A DNA stretch of 36,283 nucleotides from a virus (lineage: Duplodnaviria > Heunggongvirae > Uroviricota > Caudoviricetes), in IMG/VR virus record IMGVR_UViG_2671180456_000012; one strand, 5' to 3'. Position numbers and translations under genes: made by a program. Of this stretch, positions 7,669 through 17,084 are shown in pieces (positions within the stretch are counted from its first letter, which is position 1; each line of letters begins with the position of its first letter). The notes beneath the pieces were generated by a model that saw only the letters and a list, made by a program, of their open reading frames with translations, made no database searches and was not told the origin of the DNA.

Positions 7669-7935
7669 ATGACGTTAACCGATAAACAAAAGGACATCAT
7701 CAAAACGCTCAATCTCGGTTATGAGCGAGGTCATCTACTTGATCTGGACGAATTGCTTGAAGTTTTGCCGTACAAGACAACCAAGCAAAGTATCCAGTTC
7801 TCAATTCGCGCTCTGATAAAAAAGGGGCTGGTGGAGAAAGGGCATACGCGCCAACGCAGTGACAATCGCTATCACCGCCGAACTCTTGGGTTAACCACTT
7901 TAGGTCGAGCCAAAGCGAAGTTACTGGTGATGTAA
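7669..7935 (+). CDS. Winged-helix DNA-binding protein, putative regulator
   Basis: 88 aa; helix-turn-helix-like core (TTKQSIQFSIRALIKKGLVEK) followed by a basic wing. Last gene before the palindromic region and terS. Confidence 0.5.
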   Translation: MTLTDKQKDIIKTLNLGYERGHLLDLDELLEVLPYKTTKQSIQFSIRALIKKGLVEKGHTRQRSDNRYHRRTLGLTTLGRAKAKLLVM

Positions 7936-7937
7936 TC

Positions 7938-8036
7938 GGTCTGGGAGCTTATTTAAAGACCTGCTTCTGTATATATAAATAATAAGTAACTTATTAAATA
8001 TATACGGAAGCAGGCTTAATAAGACATGCCCAGACC
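7938..8036. repeat. About 100-bp nested imperfect palindrome (candidate pac/ori/operator/bidirectional terminator)
   Basis: Outer arms ggtctggg (7938-7945) / cccagacc (8029-8036); inner arms ctgcttctgtatatata (7961-7977) / tatatacggaagcag (7999-8013) with one mismatch; centre aataagt-a-acttatt (7981-7995). Confidence 0.7.
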
Positions 8037-8131
8037 TAATTAAACACCCCAGAAAACAAGTTGGTTAGCAGATTCAGTAAACAAGTTGTTTTAGAGCGCA
8101 TGGACGCGCTCTGTGTGTTTTAGAGGGATCT

Positions 8132-8764
8132 ATGACGGTCGAAAAAGACGAGGTAAAAACTCGCCTGACACCAGCGGAGTGGGCCGAAGCTGAAGCCAAA
8201 TGGACGTCAGGCGAATATACACTCTCAAAGCTGGAGGAAGAGTACGGCATTCGTCGTGAAACACTCTCCAGACATTTCAAAAAGCGAGGATTAGAGAAAG
8301 GCGCGGACTCTGTTGGGAAGATGGTTCGTGAGTCTCTTAAATCTGACGCAGAGCTTCGCGCTAAAGCCCGTGCGGAAAAGATAGAAGAACGTCGTACACG
8401 TTATGACGGCTGGGCGTATGCGTTGGGGCAGATGGTGATGGTCGAAGTCACTACGGCCAAACGTGAGGGTAAGCCTTTAGGGGCGATTGAGGATTCTCTC
8501 AAGAGCTTACAGAGAGCCAGTAATACCCTTGCAAAATGCTTTGAAGTTTCGTCCAAAGCATTGGGCATGGATCATGCGGAAAATGACGAGGAAGAAATTC
8601 CGAACCTGGTATTTGGTGAGCTTACGCCTTCCCAGGTGGCGAAATTACGTCAGGAAGACGACGAGCCTGAAATCATCGATGACGAATTGCTTGAGACGTT
8701 GGAAGAAGAAGCTCTAAGCGAATTTGATGCGACAGATGATGGAAGTGAAGGGGAGGACGAATAA
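8132..8764 (+). CDS. Terminase small subunit (putative)
   Basis: 210 aa, N-terminal HTH-like segment and highly acidic C-terminus, GAGGG SD, immediately upstream of and overlapping the large terminase start. Confidence 0.65.
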   Translation: MTVEKDEVKTRLTPAEWAEAEAKWTSGEYTLSKLEEEYGIRRETLSRHFKKRGLEKGADSVGKMVRESLKSDAELRAKARAEKIEERRTRYDGWAYALGQMVMVEVTTAKREGKPLGAIEDSLKSLQRASNTLAKCFEVSSKALGMDHAENDEEEIPNLVFGELTPSQVAKLRQEDDEPEIIDDELLETLEEEALSEFDATDDGSEGEDE

Positions 8765-10020
8765 TGGCAATCCCGTCCTCGCTCAGTCTTGTGCAACTGC
8801 ATTCTGGACAGATGAAAGTCTTCCAGTCTCCGCATCGATTTAAAGTTGTTTGTGCTGGTCGACGCTGGGGAAAATCCCGGTTGTCGATCTCCACTATTAT
8901 TCGTGCGGCGGCAAAGGAAAAAAAGCAAAGAGTCTGGTATGTCGCTCCTACTTACCAGATGGCTCGCCAGATTTTGTGGGACGATCTACAGGAAGTTCTG
9001 CCTCGTAAGTGGGTTAGGAAAAAGAACGACACCACGATGACAATCGTGTTGAAGAACGGTTCGGAGATCGCCCTCAAAGGTGCTGATAAGCCTGACACTC
9101 TGCGCGGCGTAGCGTTGCATTTTGTAGTGCTTGATGAATTTCAGGATATGAAGGCTGACACCTGGTACAAGGTGTTACGACCTACTCTTTCATCGACACG
9201 CGGCGGTGCACTGATCATTGGTACGCCAAAAGGCTTCTCGGAATTTCACAAACTGTGGACTATAGGCCAGAACGTAGAGCTGCAAAGAAAGGGACAGTGG
9301 AAGAGCTGGCAGTTTGTAACTGCCGATTCTCCGTTTGTACCTACGGCGGAAATTGAAGCTGCTAAGAACGATATGGACCCGAAATCGTTCGCTCAGGAGT
9401 ACCTGGCGAGCTTTGAGAACATGTCCGGGCGCGTTTACTACCCGTTCGATCGTAACGTGCATGTAAAACCGCTTCAGTTCAACCCTCGGTTGCCTATATG
9501 GGTAGGGCAGGACTTCAACATTGACCCGATGTCTTCAGTAATTTTGCAACCTCAGCCAAATGGTGAGCTATGGGCAATTGATGAATTGGTGCTCTTTTCC
9601 TCTAACACGGCAGAGGTTTGTGATGAGCTTGAGAGACGCTTCTGGCGCTGGAAATCACAGATAACGGTATTTCCAGATCCGGCAGGTGCTTATCGCCAAC
9701 ATGCTCGCGGGGAGTCTGACGTCGACATATTCAAAGAGAAGGGATTCTTACGTGTCGATTATTCGAAAAAGCACCCGCCAATTGCGGATCGTGTTAATGC
9801 TGTTAACCGAATGCTGATGACCGCATCTGGAGATATCCGGCTGTATATCGATCCGAAGTGCAAGCATTTGATTGATTCACTGGAAAAAGTCATCTACAAG
9901 CCTGGAACACGAGATATGGATAAGACAGGTGGCATTGAGCATAGTGCAGACGCATTGGGCTATCCAGTACATCGTAGGTATCCAGTCAAAAACCGTGTTA
10001 TTCTTGGTGGTTCTCGATAG
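8764..10020 (+). CDS. Terminase large subunit
   Basis: 418 aa; Walker A-like VVCAGRRWGKSRL near the N-terminus, Walker B-like hydrophobic stretch ending in DE (LHFVVLDEF), and a C-terminal nuclease-like region. Position between terS and portal. Confidence 0.85.
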   Translation: MAIPSSLSLVQLHSGQMKVFQSPHRFKVVCAGRRWGKSRLSISTIIRAAAKEKKQRVWYVAPTYQMARQILWDDLQEVLPRKWVRKKNDTTMTIVLKNGSEIALKGADKPDTLRGVALHFVVLDEFQDMKADTWYKVLRPTLSSTRGGALIIGTPKGFSEFHKLWTIGQNVELQRKGQWKSWQFVTADSPFVPTAEIEAAKNDMDPKSFAQEYLASFENMSGRVYYPFDRNVHVKPLQFNPRLPIWVGQDFNIDPMSSVILQPQPNGELWAIDELVLFSSNTAEVCDELERRFWRWKSQITVFPDPAGAYRQHARGESDVDIFKEKGFLRVDYSKKHPPIADRVNAVNRMLMTASGDIRLYIDPKCKHLIDSLEKVIYKPGTRDMDKTGGIEHSADALGYPVHRRYPVKNRVILGGSR

Positions 10021-10046
10021 GTAAGTAATTATCTAAGGTTATTCAA

Positions 10047-11621
10047 ATGGAATTGAACGACAAACAAATTAAGGATCTGGTGGCGCGACGCCACCCGGAA
10101 TACGAAAAGAAAAAAGAACATTGGGACTTCCTCGCCAGCACTTACGCTGGCGGGCGTGGTTGGTTTACAGACAATATCTTTCGTTACTTTAAAGAGGGAG
10201 ATCAGGAGTTTAAGGAGCGAGTTGAACGTGCTTATCGCTTCAACCACACTCGTGAGGTGGTAAACCTCATCAACAAATATCTCTTTAAAGAAGACATTCA
10301 TAGAAATATCGAAGAGGCACCAGAGCAGATCCGCAATTTCTGGAAACGTGCGACTCGCCAGAATGCCTCTATTGACTCATTTATGGCCGCTATTGATTTG
10401 CAGTCGTCTATTTACGGTCGCATATGGGTTGTTGTCGATAGCACGATGAGTGGTGATGTTGAGTCAGTAGCTGACGAGAAAAAGAAAGATGCTCGCGCCT
10501 ACGCCTACTGGATTTCACCTCAGCAAATGCTGGATGTGGCATGGGACGACGACGGGAATATGTTGTGGGCGTTAATTGTGGAAGTCGCTCGTGATGACGC
10601 AGATCCTTTTACTTCTACAGGTCAGGAATACCAACGTTATCGTCTGTGGACACAAAACGAGTGGTATCTGTTCCGTGAGGAAGTGAAGAAGGGCGCTGGT
10701 GGAGCAGGTCGCCGTCAGGCAAAAGTTATTTTAGAGGATAGCGGTGAGCATAATCTCGGCGTAGTTCCTGTGTTTCCTGTTGATTGTATTGGAGAAAGTG
10801 AATCACCGTATTTCAGCCCATCGTTGATCGATGATATCGCTTATCTTGATCGTGCGGTTGCAAACTATCTGTCAAACCTTGATGCCATTATTCAGGATCA
10901 GACATTTAGCCAGTTGGCTATACCGGTACAGTCGCTTTTACCTGGTGATGAAAACCACACTAAAGTGCTTGAAATGGGCACAAAGCGAGTCTTCACCTAC
11001 GATTCTGAAGGTGGAAACCAGCCGTTTTATCTGTCACCAGACCCGAAACAAGCTCAGATGATCATCACTACGATTAAGACGGTGATTAACGAAATCTACC
11101 ATTCAGTTGGTGTAGCTGGTGAGCGAACGAAGCAGGACAACGCACAGGGAATCGATAATTCATCTGGTGCCGCAAAAATGTATGACTTCCAGCGTGTAAA
11201 TAGCTTGCTTGTCACAAAAGCAGAGCGTCTGGAAAGGGCTGAACGCCAAATCATGCTACTGGTTGCGAAATGGATGGGGGTAGATCTGGACGAAGACCAC
11301 TCTTTAATTGCATATCCAGAAAGTTTCGATATTCGTGGCCTTACTGATGAATTTTCTGTTGCCGAGAAACTGTCATTACTTCAGGCACCGGACTCTGTAC
11401 GTCGTCACCAGATGGAAATGCTTATTGAGAAGATTTTCCCGAACATTACTGAGGCGATGAAAAAGGAATTTGATAAAGATCTCTTGAATTTTCCTCCAAA
11501 AAATGATCTAAATACCCTTGAAAATAAGTCAGTACTTACTTATGATCGTGGTGCAGCCCAAGAAAGCGGGCAAGATCAACCCCGAGGGAATGGGGACTCA
11601 TCTACTCAAGAGAACGAGTGA
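10047..11621 (+). CDS. Portal protein
   Basis: 524 aa, directly after the large terminase, acidic C-terminus; synteny. Confidence 0.8.
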   Translation: MELNDKQIKDLVARRHPEYEKKKEHWDFLASTYAGGRGWFTDNIFRYFKEGDQEFKERVERAYRFNHTREVVNLINKYLFKEDIHRNIEEAPEQIRNFWKRATRQNASIDSFMAAIDLQSSIYGRIWVVVDSTMSGDVESVADEKKKDARAYAYWISPQQMLDVAWDDDGNMLWALIVEVARDDADPFTSTGQEYQRYRLWTQNEWYLFREEVKKGAGGAGRRQAKVILEDSGEHNLGVVPVFPVDCIGESESPYFSPSLIDDIAYLDRAVANYLSNLDAIIQDQTFSQLAIPVQSLLPGDENHTKVLEMGTKRVFTYDSEGGNQPFYLSPDPKQAQMIITTIKTVINEIYHSVGVAGERTKQDNAQGIDNSSGAAKMYDFQRVNSLLVTKAERLERAERQIMLLVAKWMGVDLDEDHSLIAYPESFDIRGLTDEFSVAEKLSLLQAPDSVRRHQMEMLIEKIFPNITEAMKKEFDKDLLNFPPKNDLNTLENKSVLTYDRGAAQESGQDQPRGNGDSSTQENE

Positions 11622-11642
11622 TAAGTAACAAAAGGAATTTTT

Positions 11643-12530
11643 ATGAATCTGTGGCAAATGCTTTTGGCCCGTCGTGGTCTGATGGATGTCGCTGAAGCGC
11701 ATGAGCGTGGAGGCGCTGGCGGTGTAGCTGCTGATAATGAGCAGAGTACACAAGATCCTGACAAACAGGGTGAACAAAAAGAGCAGCCGAAGGGCGATGA
11801 CGAATACGCTGGCATGACTCAGGAAGAGTTACTGGCCGAACTTCGTAAAACCAAGAAAGCTGGTGCTGAACTGCTGAAGGAGAACATGAAGCGCAAAGAG
11901 AAAGAGCGCACATTGGCCGATCAGCTTGCTCAGTACGGTGATATCGATCCGGCTCGTGCTCGCCAGCTTTTAGAAGCTGAACAGGCCGCAGAAAACGCAC
12001 GTCGTGAGGCGGAGCAAGCTGAACTGGAGCGTCGTGGTGAGTTCGATGCTGTTAAAAAACAGATGATCGAAGCACACCAGGCAGAGCTGGCACAGCGTGA
12101 CGAACGTTATGCAGCACTGGAAAGTGAAAACGCATCACTGAAATCTCAATTAGTCGAGATGACCGTTGGCGCTTCCTTCAGTAACTCTCTCTTCCTACGT
12201 GACAAAGTTCTGATGACCCCGGCAAAAGCCCGCGTGATCTACGGTTCTCATTTTGAAGTGGGTGAAGACGGTAGCGTAGTGGGTTATGACAAACCGGCAG
12301 GTCACAAAGAACGAGCTGTTCTGGTTGACGGTGAAGGTAAGCCGTTGCCGTTTGAATCCGCGATTGAACGCATTGTGCGGGCAGATCCGGAAGCTGACGC
12401 ATTGATGCGTAGCGAAGCCAAGCAGGGTGTAGGCTCACATTCCAAATCGACCTACACAATATCCCAACCGAAGAACAAGTCGACTATGGATAAGTTGGCC
12501 TCCGGTCTGGGGAAAATTGGACTTAAGTAA
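11643..12530 (+). CDS. Scaffolding protein (putative)
   Basis: 295 aa, E/A/R/Q-rich predicted coiled coil, located between portal and major capsid; AAAGGA SD. Confidence 0.6.
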   Translation: MNLWQMLLARRGLMDVAEAHERGGAGGVAADNEQSTQDPDKQGEQKEQPKGDDEYAGMTQEELLAELRKTKKAGAELLKENMKRKEKERTLADQLAQYGDIDPARARQLLEAEQAAENARREAEQAELERRGEFDAVKKQMIEAHQAELAQRDERYAALESENASLKSQLVEMTVGASFSNSLFLRDKVLMTPAKARVIYGSHFEVGEDGSVVGYDKPAGHKERAVLVDGEGKPLPFESAIERIVRADPEADALMRSEAKQGVGSHSKSTYTISQPKNKSTMDKLASGLGKIGLK

Positions 12531-12555
12531 CATCTAAATCAAAGGGAATTGATAG

Positions 12556-13431
12556 ATGCCATTACTGCGTGAAGAAGCTGAAAAGCTGTCTAACAACGAA
12601 CTTGAACAGGGTGTGATCGAAACTATCATCGATCGCGATGACCTGTTTGCCATCCTGCCTTTTATGAAAATTAATTCAAAGGCATATCTGTACAACCGTG
12701 AAAAAACGCTGAGTGAAGCTACCTTCATCGACGTTAACGACACCATCACTGAAGGTGCAGCAACCTTCGAAGAATGCGTTGCGAAACTGCGTATTCTGGC
12801 TGGTGACGTAGACGTTGATAAATTCCTGGCAACCACTATGGCCGACACCAATAACCAGTTGGCTATTCAGGTTCGTCAGAAAGTTAAAGGTCTGGCTCGT
12901 GCGTTCCGTCGCAACCTGATTTTGGGTGACTCCAGCTCCAACACCAAAGCGTTCGACGGCATTCCACGCCTGATGCACGCAGATCAGAAGATCGATATCG
13001 CCGGTGCATCTATGACTTTCTCTATGTTCGACGAACTGGTCGATGCGGTGAAAGATCTTGGTGCTGACTGCATCATGATGCGTTCAGAGCACCTGCGTGC
13101 TTACCGTGCGCTGCTGCGTACAGTAAACGTAGGTCCGTCTGAAATCATGATGGAGAACTTCGGTCGTCCGATGCTGTGTCATAACGGCGTTCCGTTCATC
13201 ATCAACGACTTCATCCCGACCGATTCTGGCAAAGCAAGCATCTACTGCCTGCATCTGTCAGAAGAGAACGGCGTTACTGGTCTGTATGGCGGCGACAACG
13301 CAGGTATCGTTGTTGAAAACATTGGTACTGTACAGAACAAAGACGCAGTACGTACCCGTGTGAAGTGGTACTGCTCTCTGGCGAATAAGCACGATAAGGC
13401 TATCGCTGCACTGACCAATGTAAAAATTTAA
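12556..13431 (+). CDS. Major capsid protein (putative)
   Basis: 291 aa, follows the scaffold gene, and is followed by a strong intrinsic terminator as is typical for highly expressed coat genes. Confidence 0.7.
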   Translation: MPLLREEAEKLSNNELEQGVIETIIDRDDLFAILPFMKINSKAYLYNREKTLSEATFIDVNDTITEGAATFEECVAKLRILAGDVDVDKFLATTMADTNNQLAIQVRQKVKGLARAFRRNLILGDSSSNTKAFDGIPRLMHADQKIDIAGASMTFSMFDELVDAVKDLGADCIMMRSEHLRAYRALLRTVNVGPSEIMMENFGRPMLCHNGVPFIINDFIPTDSGKASIYCLHLSEENGVTGLYGGDNAGIVVENIGTVQNKDAVRTRVKWYCSLANKHDKAIAALTNVKI

Positions 13432-13465
13432 TCAGTGAAGTAGATAAGTAATTATCTATGTTAAA

Positions 13466-13491
13466 GGGTGGGCTATACGCCCACCCTTTTT
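13466..13491 (+). terminator. Rho-independent terminator after the major capsid gene
   Basis: GGGTGGGC-tatac-GCCCACCC followed by TTTTT. Confidence 0.8.
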
Positions 13492-13504
13492 GTAGGAGCG
13501 AGAA

Positions 13505-14425
13505 ATGCCAGAACAAAAGATGAAGATTACGGAAGAGGCATTTTCGGATTTTACGGGGCATATGTGCCGTGCCGGATTTACCAATTCTATCTCCGATGAA
13601 CCTTTAACCGAGCGACAACAAAGTCAGCTATCTGCTTGTTTGCAGGCGGTTCCCCTCTCCCAATCCGTAAACATAACCCCGGCTTCACCGTCAGTTTTGG
13701 TTGGGAAAACTGTTCAACTTAGTGCAGGTATTAGTATGGGTAAGAGTGCCAGTTCATTCACCTGGAAGTCAGCGAATGATCAAATTGCAACCGTCAACGG
13801 CACTGGATTAGTAACTGGCGTAGCACCAGGCAAAGTGAAAATTACCGCAACTGATCAGGAAACCCAGCTTTCCGCGTCAGTGGAAGTCACCGTAAATCCG
13901 GTAGCCGTTCAATCCGTAACGGTAACGCCAGACTCAACCTCTGTTGAGAAAGGGAAATCAGTCAGTCTGAAAGCGACTGTTCAGCCGTCAAATGCGACGA
14001 ATAAGGCTGTTACCTGGTCTTCAAAAAATGAAGATAAGGCAACGGTAGACCAGAGCGGGAACGTTACTGGTGTAGAAGTTGGCACTGCGACGATTGAGAT
14101 CGTTTCCCAAGATGGCAGCAAAAAGGCAACTGCAACGGTGGAAGTAACTGCGCCTGTTGTGGCTGTTACCGGCGTCGAAATCGACCCAAATAGCACAACC
14201 GTTGAGGCAAACAAAACTGTTCAGCTGACCGCAAATGTCGAGCCGGCAGGAGCAACAAATAAAACCGTTACTTGGGAATCCAAAAATACCGAGTTTGCAA
14301 CGGTGGATAGCGAAACCGGTGTTGTAACTGGCGTTGCGGCTGGTACTGCCACAATCGAGGTTACTACCCAAGATGGTAGCCACAAAGCGACAGCGACCGT
14401 AGAAGTCACTGCTGCACAGGAATAA
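13505..14425 (+). CDS. Ig-like (Big_2-type) repeat protein; putative head decoration/fibre protein
   Basis: 306 aa with three tandem ~85-aa Ig-like repeats (..VTVTPDSTSVEKGKSVSLKATV..ATVDQSGNVTGV..GTATIEV..); AGGAG SD. Confidence 0.7.
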   Translation: MPEQKMKITEEAFSDFTGHMCRAGFTNSISDEPLTERQQSQLSACLQAVPLSQSVNITPASPSVLVGKTVQLSAGISMGKSASSFTWKSANDQIATVNGTGLVTGVAPGKVKITATDQETQLSASVEVTVNPVAVQSVTVTPDSTSVEKGKSVSLKATVQPSNATNKAVTWSSKNEDKATVDQSGNVTGVEVGTATIEIVSQDGSKKATATVEVTAPVVAVTGVEIDPNSTTVEANKTVQLTANVEPAGATNKTVTWESKNTEFATVDSETGVVTGVAAGTATIEVTTQDGSHKATATVEVTAAQE

Positions 14426-14469
14426 TCAATATTGGGCGGCGAAAGCCGCCCATGTAGAGAGAAAGCGTT

Positions 14470-14904
14470 ATGAAACCAGCAAAAATTGTTTTATTAGAAC
14501 CGCAATTTTCCGGTTATTCGGGAATGCTGTGTGGCGTTCAGTTCGAGAACGGGGTATCCGTAGCGGAGTTGCCTTTTATCGATCAGCAGAGGATTTGTGC
14601 TTCAATGCGAGCGTCAACAGTAGAGGGCAAAAATGTTTCTCCGTCTGCCGCATACAGTGATCGTGGTGAATTGACCGCAGACCTGATTACCGAGCCAGCA
14701 GCACCTGACATTGTGCCAATGAAACGTGGGACACCAGATGAACCGGCCAAACAGATCCAGACTTTCACACGAGAAGAGTTGGAGTCAATTGCAGACAATG
14801 AAGGTATTGCCGGTCTACGTGTGATTGGTAATCAGGTTGGTGTCAAAGCGAAAGGAATTGTCGAGATGATTGAAGGCATCCTGAAAGCACAAGGCGGTGA
14901 GTAA
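14470..14904 (+). CDS. Hypothetical head/neck module protein (144 aa)
   Basis: ORF with SD, in the structural operon; function inferred from position only. Confidence 0.55.
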   Translation: MKPAKIVLLEPQFSGYSGMLCGVQFENGVSVAELPFIDQQRICASMRASTVEGKNVSPSAAYSDRGELTADLITEPAAPDIVPMKRGTPDEPAKQIQTFTREELESIADNEGIAGLRVIGNQVGVKAKGIVEMIEGILKAQGGE

Positions 14905-15737
14905 TGGCGCAGATCGACTCGTATCGTAGCGGTGAAGCTGTTTCCCTTTCATTTGCCTTCAACGTGCTGGATATCGAATCTGCTACCTACACAGTAAAGG
15001 ACAGCACCGGGGCTATTCTCGTTGATGGCGAGCCGCTAGAAATTACCAGCGGTCAAATGTCGATTCCGGTTGTCGTGTCGGCTGAATATAACCAGCTCTC
15101 TGAGAAAGAGCGAGATCTGCGGTACGTCATTGTGAAGGCTGTTGCATCGGGTCTGACGCATGAAGAGCGGCAAATGTATGTTCTGCTGAATAGTTTTGAA
15201 CTGTCGATACCAGAACAGTCGTTTGCAACTGTCGCTGATGCTCAAATGCAGGCGATCGATATGCTGAATGGGGACACTTTGCTGTCGGATGGTGAAGGCT
15301 TAATGCGCAAGCGTCTCATTGAGGCTACCAGACGAATTAAAACTTTACCGTTCTCAATCCGCAAAATTCTACGTATCGACTTTGACCGATACGATCGCCC
15401 TCAAAATATGCTGAATGTGTATGACATTCCGTGGGGAGCAGATGGAGCGTACCGGCATGATTTAGTCGATTGGGAAAAGATGACGCAGGAGAAGTTTGAA
15501 GAGTTCCCTGACTACTTCAAAGAAGCGTTGATGCTTGCTGTTGTCAACGAAGCGTGTGAGATCGCAAATGGCAATGATGTAGCCGCAGCACGAGAGGATG
15601 GCATTTTGTCAGAGTCCATCGGTGAAACAACCAACATGTACCGTACCGGTAAAGCTGCAAACGTGCATGTGGCTCGTAGTACCTGGCGCTTGCTGGTCAG
15701 TTACATCAACAACCGTATGATTGTTCGCCGTGCGTAA
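14904..15737 (+). CDS. Hypothetical structural protein (277 aa), possibly head-tail connector
   Basis: Start overlaps the upstream stop (ATGG); synteny only. Confidence 0.55.
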   Translation: MAQIDSYRSGEAVSLSFAFNVLDIESATYTVKDSTGAILVDGEPLEITSGQMSIPVVVSAEYNQLSEKERDLRYVIVKAVASGLTHEERQMYVLLNSFELSIPEQSFATVADAQMQAIDMLNGDTLLSDGEGLMRKRLIEATRRIKTLPFSIRKILRIDFDRYDRPQNMLNVYDIPWGADGAYRHDLVDWEKMTQEKFEEFPDYFKEALMLAVVNEACEIANGNDVAAAREDGILSESIGETTNMYRTGKAANVHVARSTWRLLVSYINNRMIVRRA

Positions 15738-15817
15738 CGCCAGTCGCATTATTTACTTTTGGTCTAAAGGGTTTTTGGCCAGTAATGAGAGCGACCGACA
15801 ACAACAGGGAGAGAGCA

Positions 15818-16161
15818 TGAATATTTCATGGCAAACAGAAATTGCGATCTACCGCTTTGGCGCAAAGAACGTTTACGGTGAGGCGCAATTACAATTCGTC
15901 AGGAAGACGAATGTCGGCGTGGTTAAGTTCGAACAGAGTAATGAGAAATCGTCAGTTCGTGCTGATAGCTCTGGTAGTCGTGGTAAGGCGAGTCTGGAGC
16001 TGTTTGATGCTGTGTTAGTTGTCCCTTTAGAAGCGGCTGTACAACTTGATGATGTGCTGATCCTTGAAGGTCAAAAATTAAAGGTGTCCAGTGTTCATCG
16101 CCGCTGGGGGCTACGAGGAAGACCTGGGCATCTTGAAGTAGGGGCGAATATATGGGTCTGA
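15818..16161 (+). CDS. Head-tail joining protein (putative)
   Basis: Track ORF 15721..16161; the internal ATG at 15818 (MNISWQ..) has a GGGAGAGAG SD and avoids overlap with the upstream gene. Confidence 0.5.
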
Positions 16162-16625
16162 AATACGATGCGCATCAGTTCAAACGTGCGGGGAATCGAC
16201 TCAACAACAGCCAGAAAGCATTTAAGCGATATCTTATCCGGGACATGGAAAAGCTGGCGCGTTTGGTTGAGCGTCTCAGCCGTGCAATGGCCCCGCTGGA
16301 AACCGGATCTCTGGAGACAGCCATCTTTGCCAGGGTGATTAAAGAAGGTTATTCAGGGCTGCGTATTGAGCTTTCTGTGTCTGGAGCAAAACCACGTCAG
16401 GGGCATCCGGGCGTAGAAGTAGGTGACTATGCTAAGTACATGGAGCTGGGTAAATACCGACTCGGTTATCTTTCTCGAATGAAGAACGTGACAAACCCAC
16501 CAATTGCCGGTGTTAAACCCCGTGTTGGGCCACACTTTCTGGAAAGAGCGGTGGAAATTAGCGAGAAGCAGTTCTCAGAAGCGATTCTTGAGGCTGCCAG
16601 AAAAGCCGGATTTACGAGAGGTTAA
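16152..16625 (+). CDS. Head-tail connector/tail completion protein (HK97 gp10-like, putative)
   Basis: 157 aa, overlapping start; synteny and size. Confidence 0.5.
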   Translation: MGLKYDAHQFKRAGNRLNNSQKAFKRYLIRDMEKLARLVERLSRAMAPLETGSLETAIFARVIKEGYSGLRIELSVSGAKPRQGHPGVEVGDYAKYMELGKYRLGYLSRMKNVTNPPIAGVKPRVGPHFLERAVEISEKQFSEAILEAARKAGFTRG

Positions 16626-16626
16626 T

Positions 16627-17010
16627 GTGTTTATTGAAGCGTTTGCAAGTTTGATGCAGAAGGCAAAGATTGGCACGGTCGGGACTGACATTTTCTGTCA
16701 CTACTTGCCTGCCAATGTGAAATCTGGCGTCCTGCTTATTAACCCAAATACCGGCATCAGCATCGATCATGAGCTACAGGGCTTTTATCACGAATCATTC
16801 ACAATCATTGTGCGTGGTTCGTCAATTACTACGACGGTTGAGAAAGCCCATAAAATCATTGAGATGTTTCCAGTAGAGGAAACGGAATCTGGTGGTGTTT
16901 ATTTTCGACTTGTACGACCGATGGCGATGCCAATCATTTATCCCAAAAATGATGGGGCATTAATAGAAGCAGGCATTCCTGTTGAATTTGCTGGCTATTT
17001 ATTGAATTAA
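16627..17010 (+). CDS. Tail terminator-like protein (putative)
   Basis: GTG start at 16627 with GAGAGG SD 5 nt upstream, directly after the upstream stop; the track ORF 16504..17010 is the same frame read through the overlap. Position just before the major tail gene. Confidence 0.45.
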   Translation: MFIEAFASLMQKAKIGTVGTDIFCHYLPANVKSGVLLINPNTGISIDHELQGFYHESFTIIVRGSSITTTVEKAHKIIEMFPVEETESGGVYFRLVRPMAMPIIYPKNDGALIEAGIPVEFAGYLLN

Positions 17011-17084
17011 CTCAATTGGTAAGTATATACTTACTATTAGCGCAATGAATGCGTAGAATTAACGGAAAAAGGAGTTTTCCATCA

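Noticed and set aside
10021-10028. GGTAAGTA resembles a eukaryotic 5' splice donor or intron boundary
   Set aside because: Coincidental in an AT-rich bacterial intergenic motif; no intron-encoded ORF or conserved intron secondary-structure elements, and flanking genes are intact.
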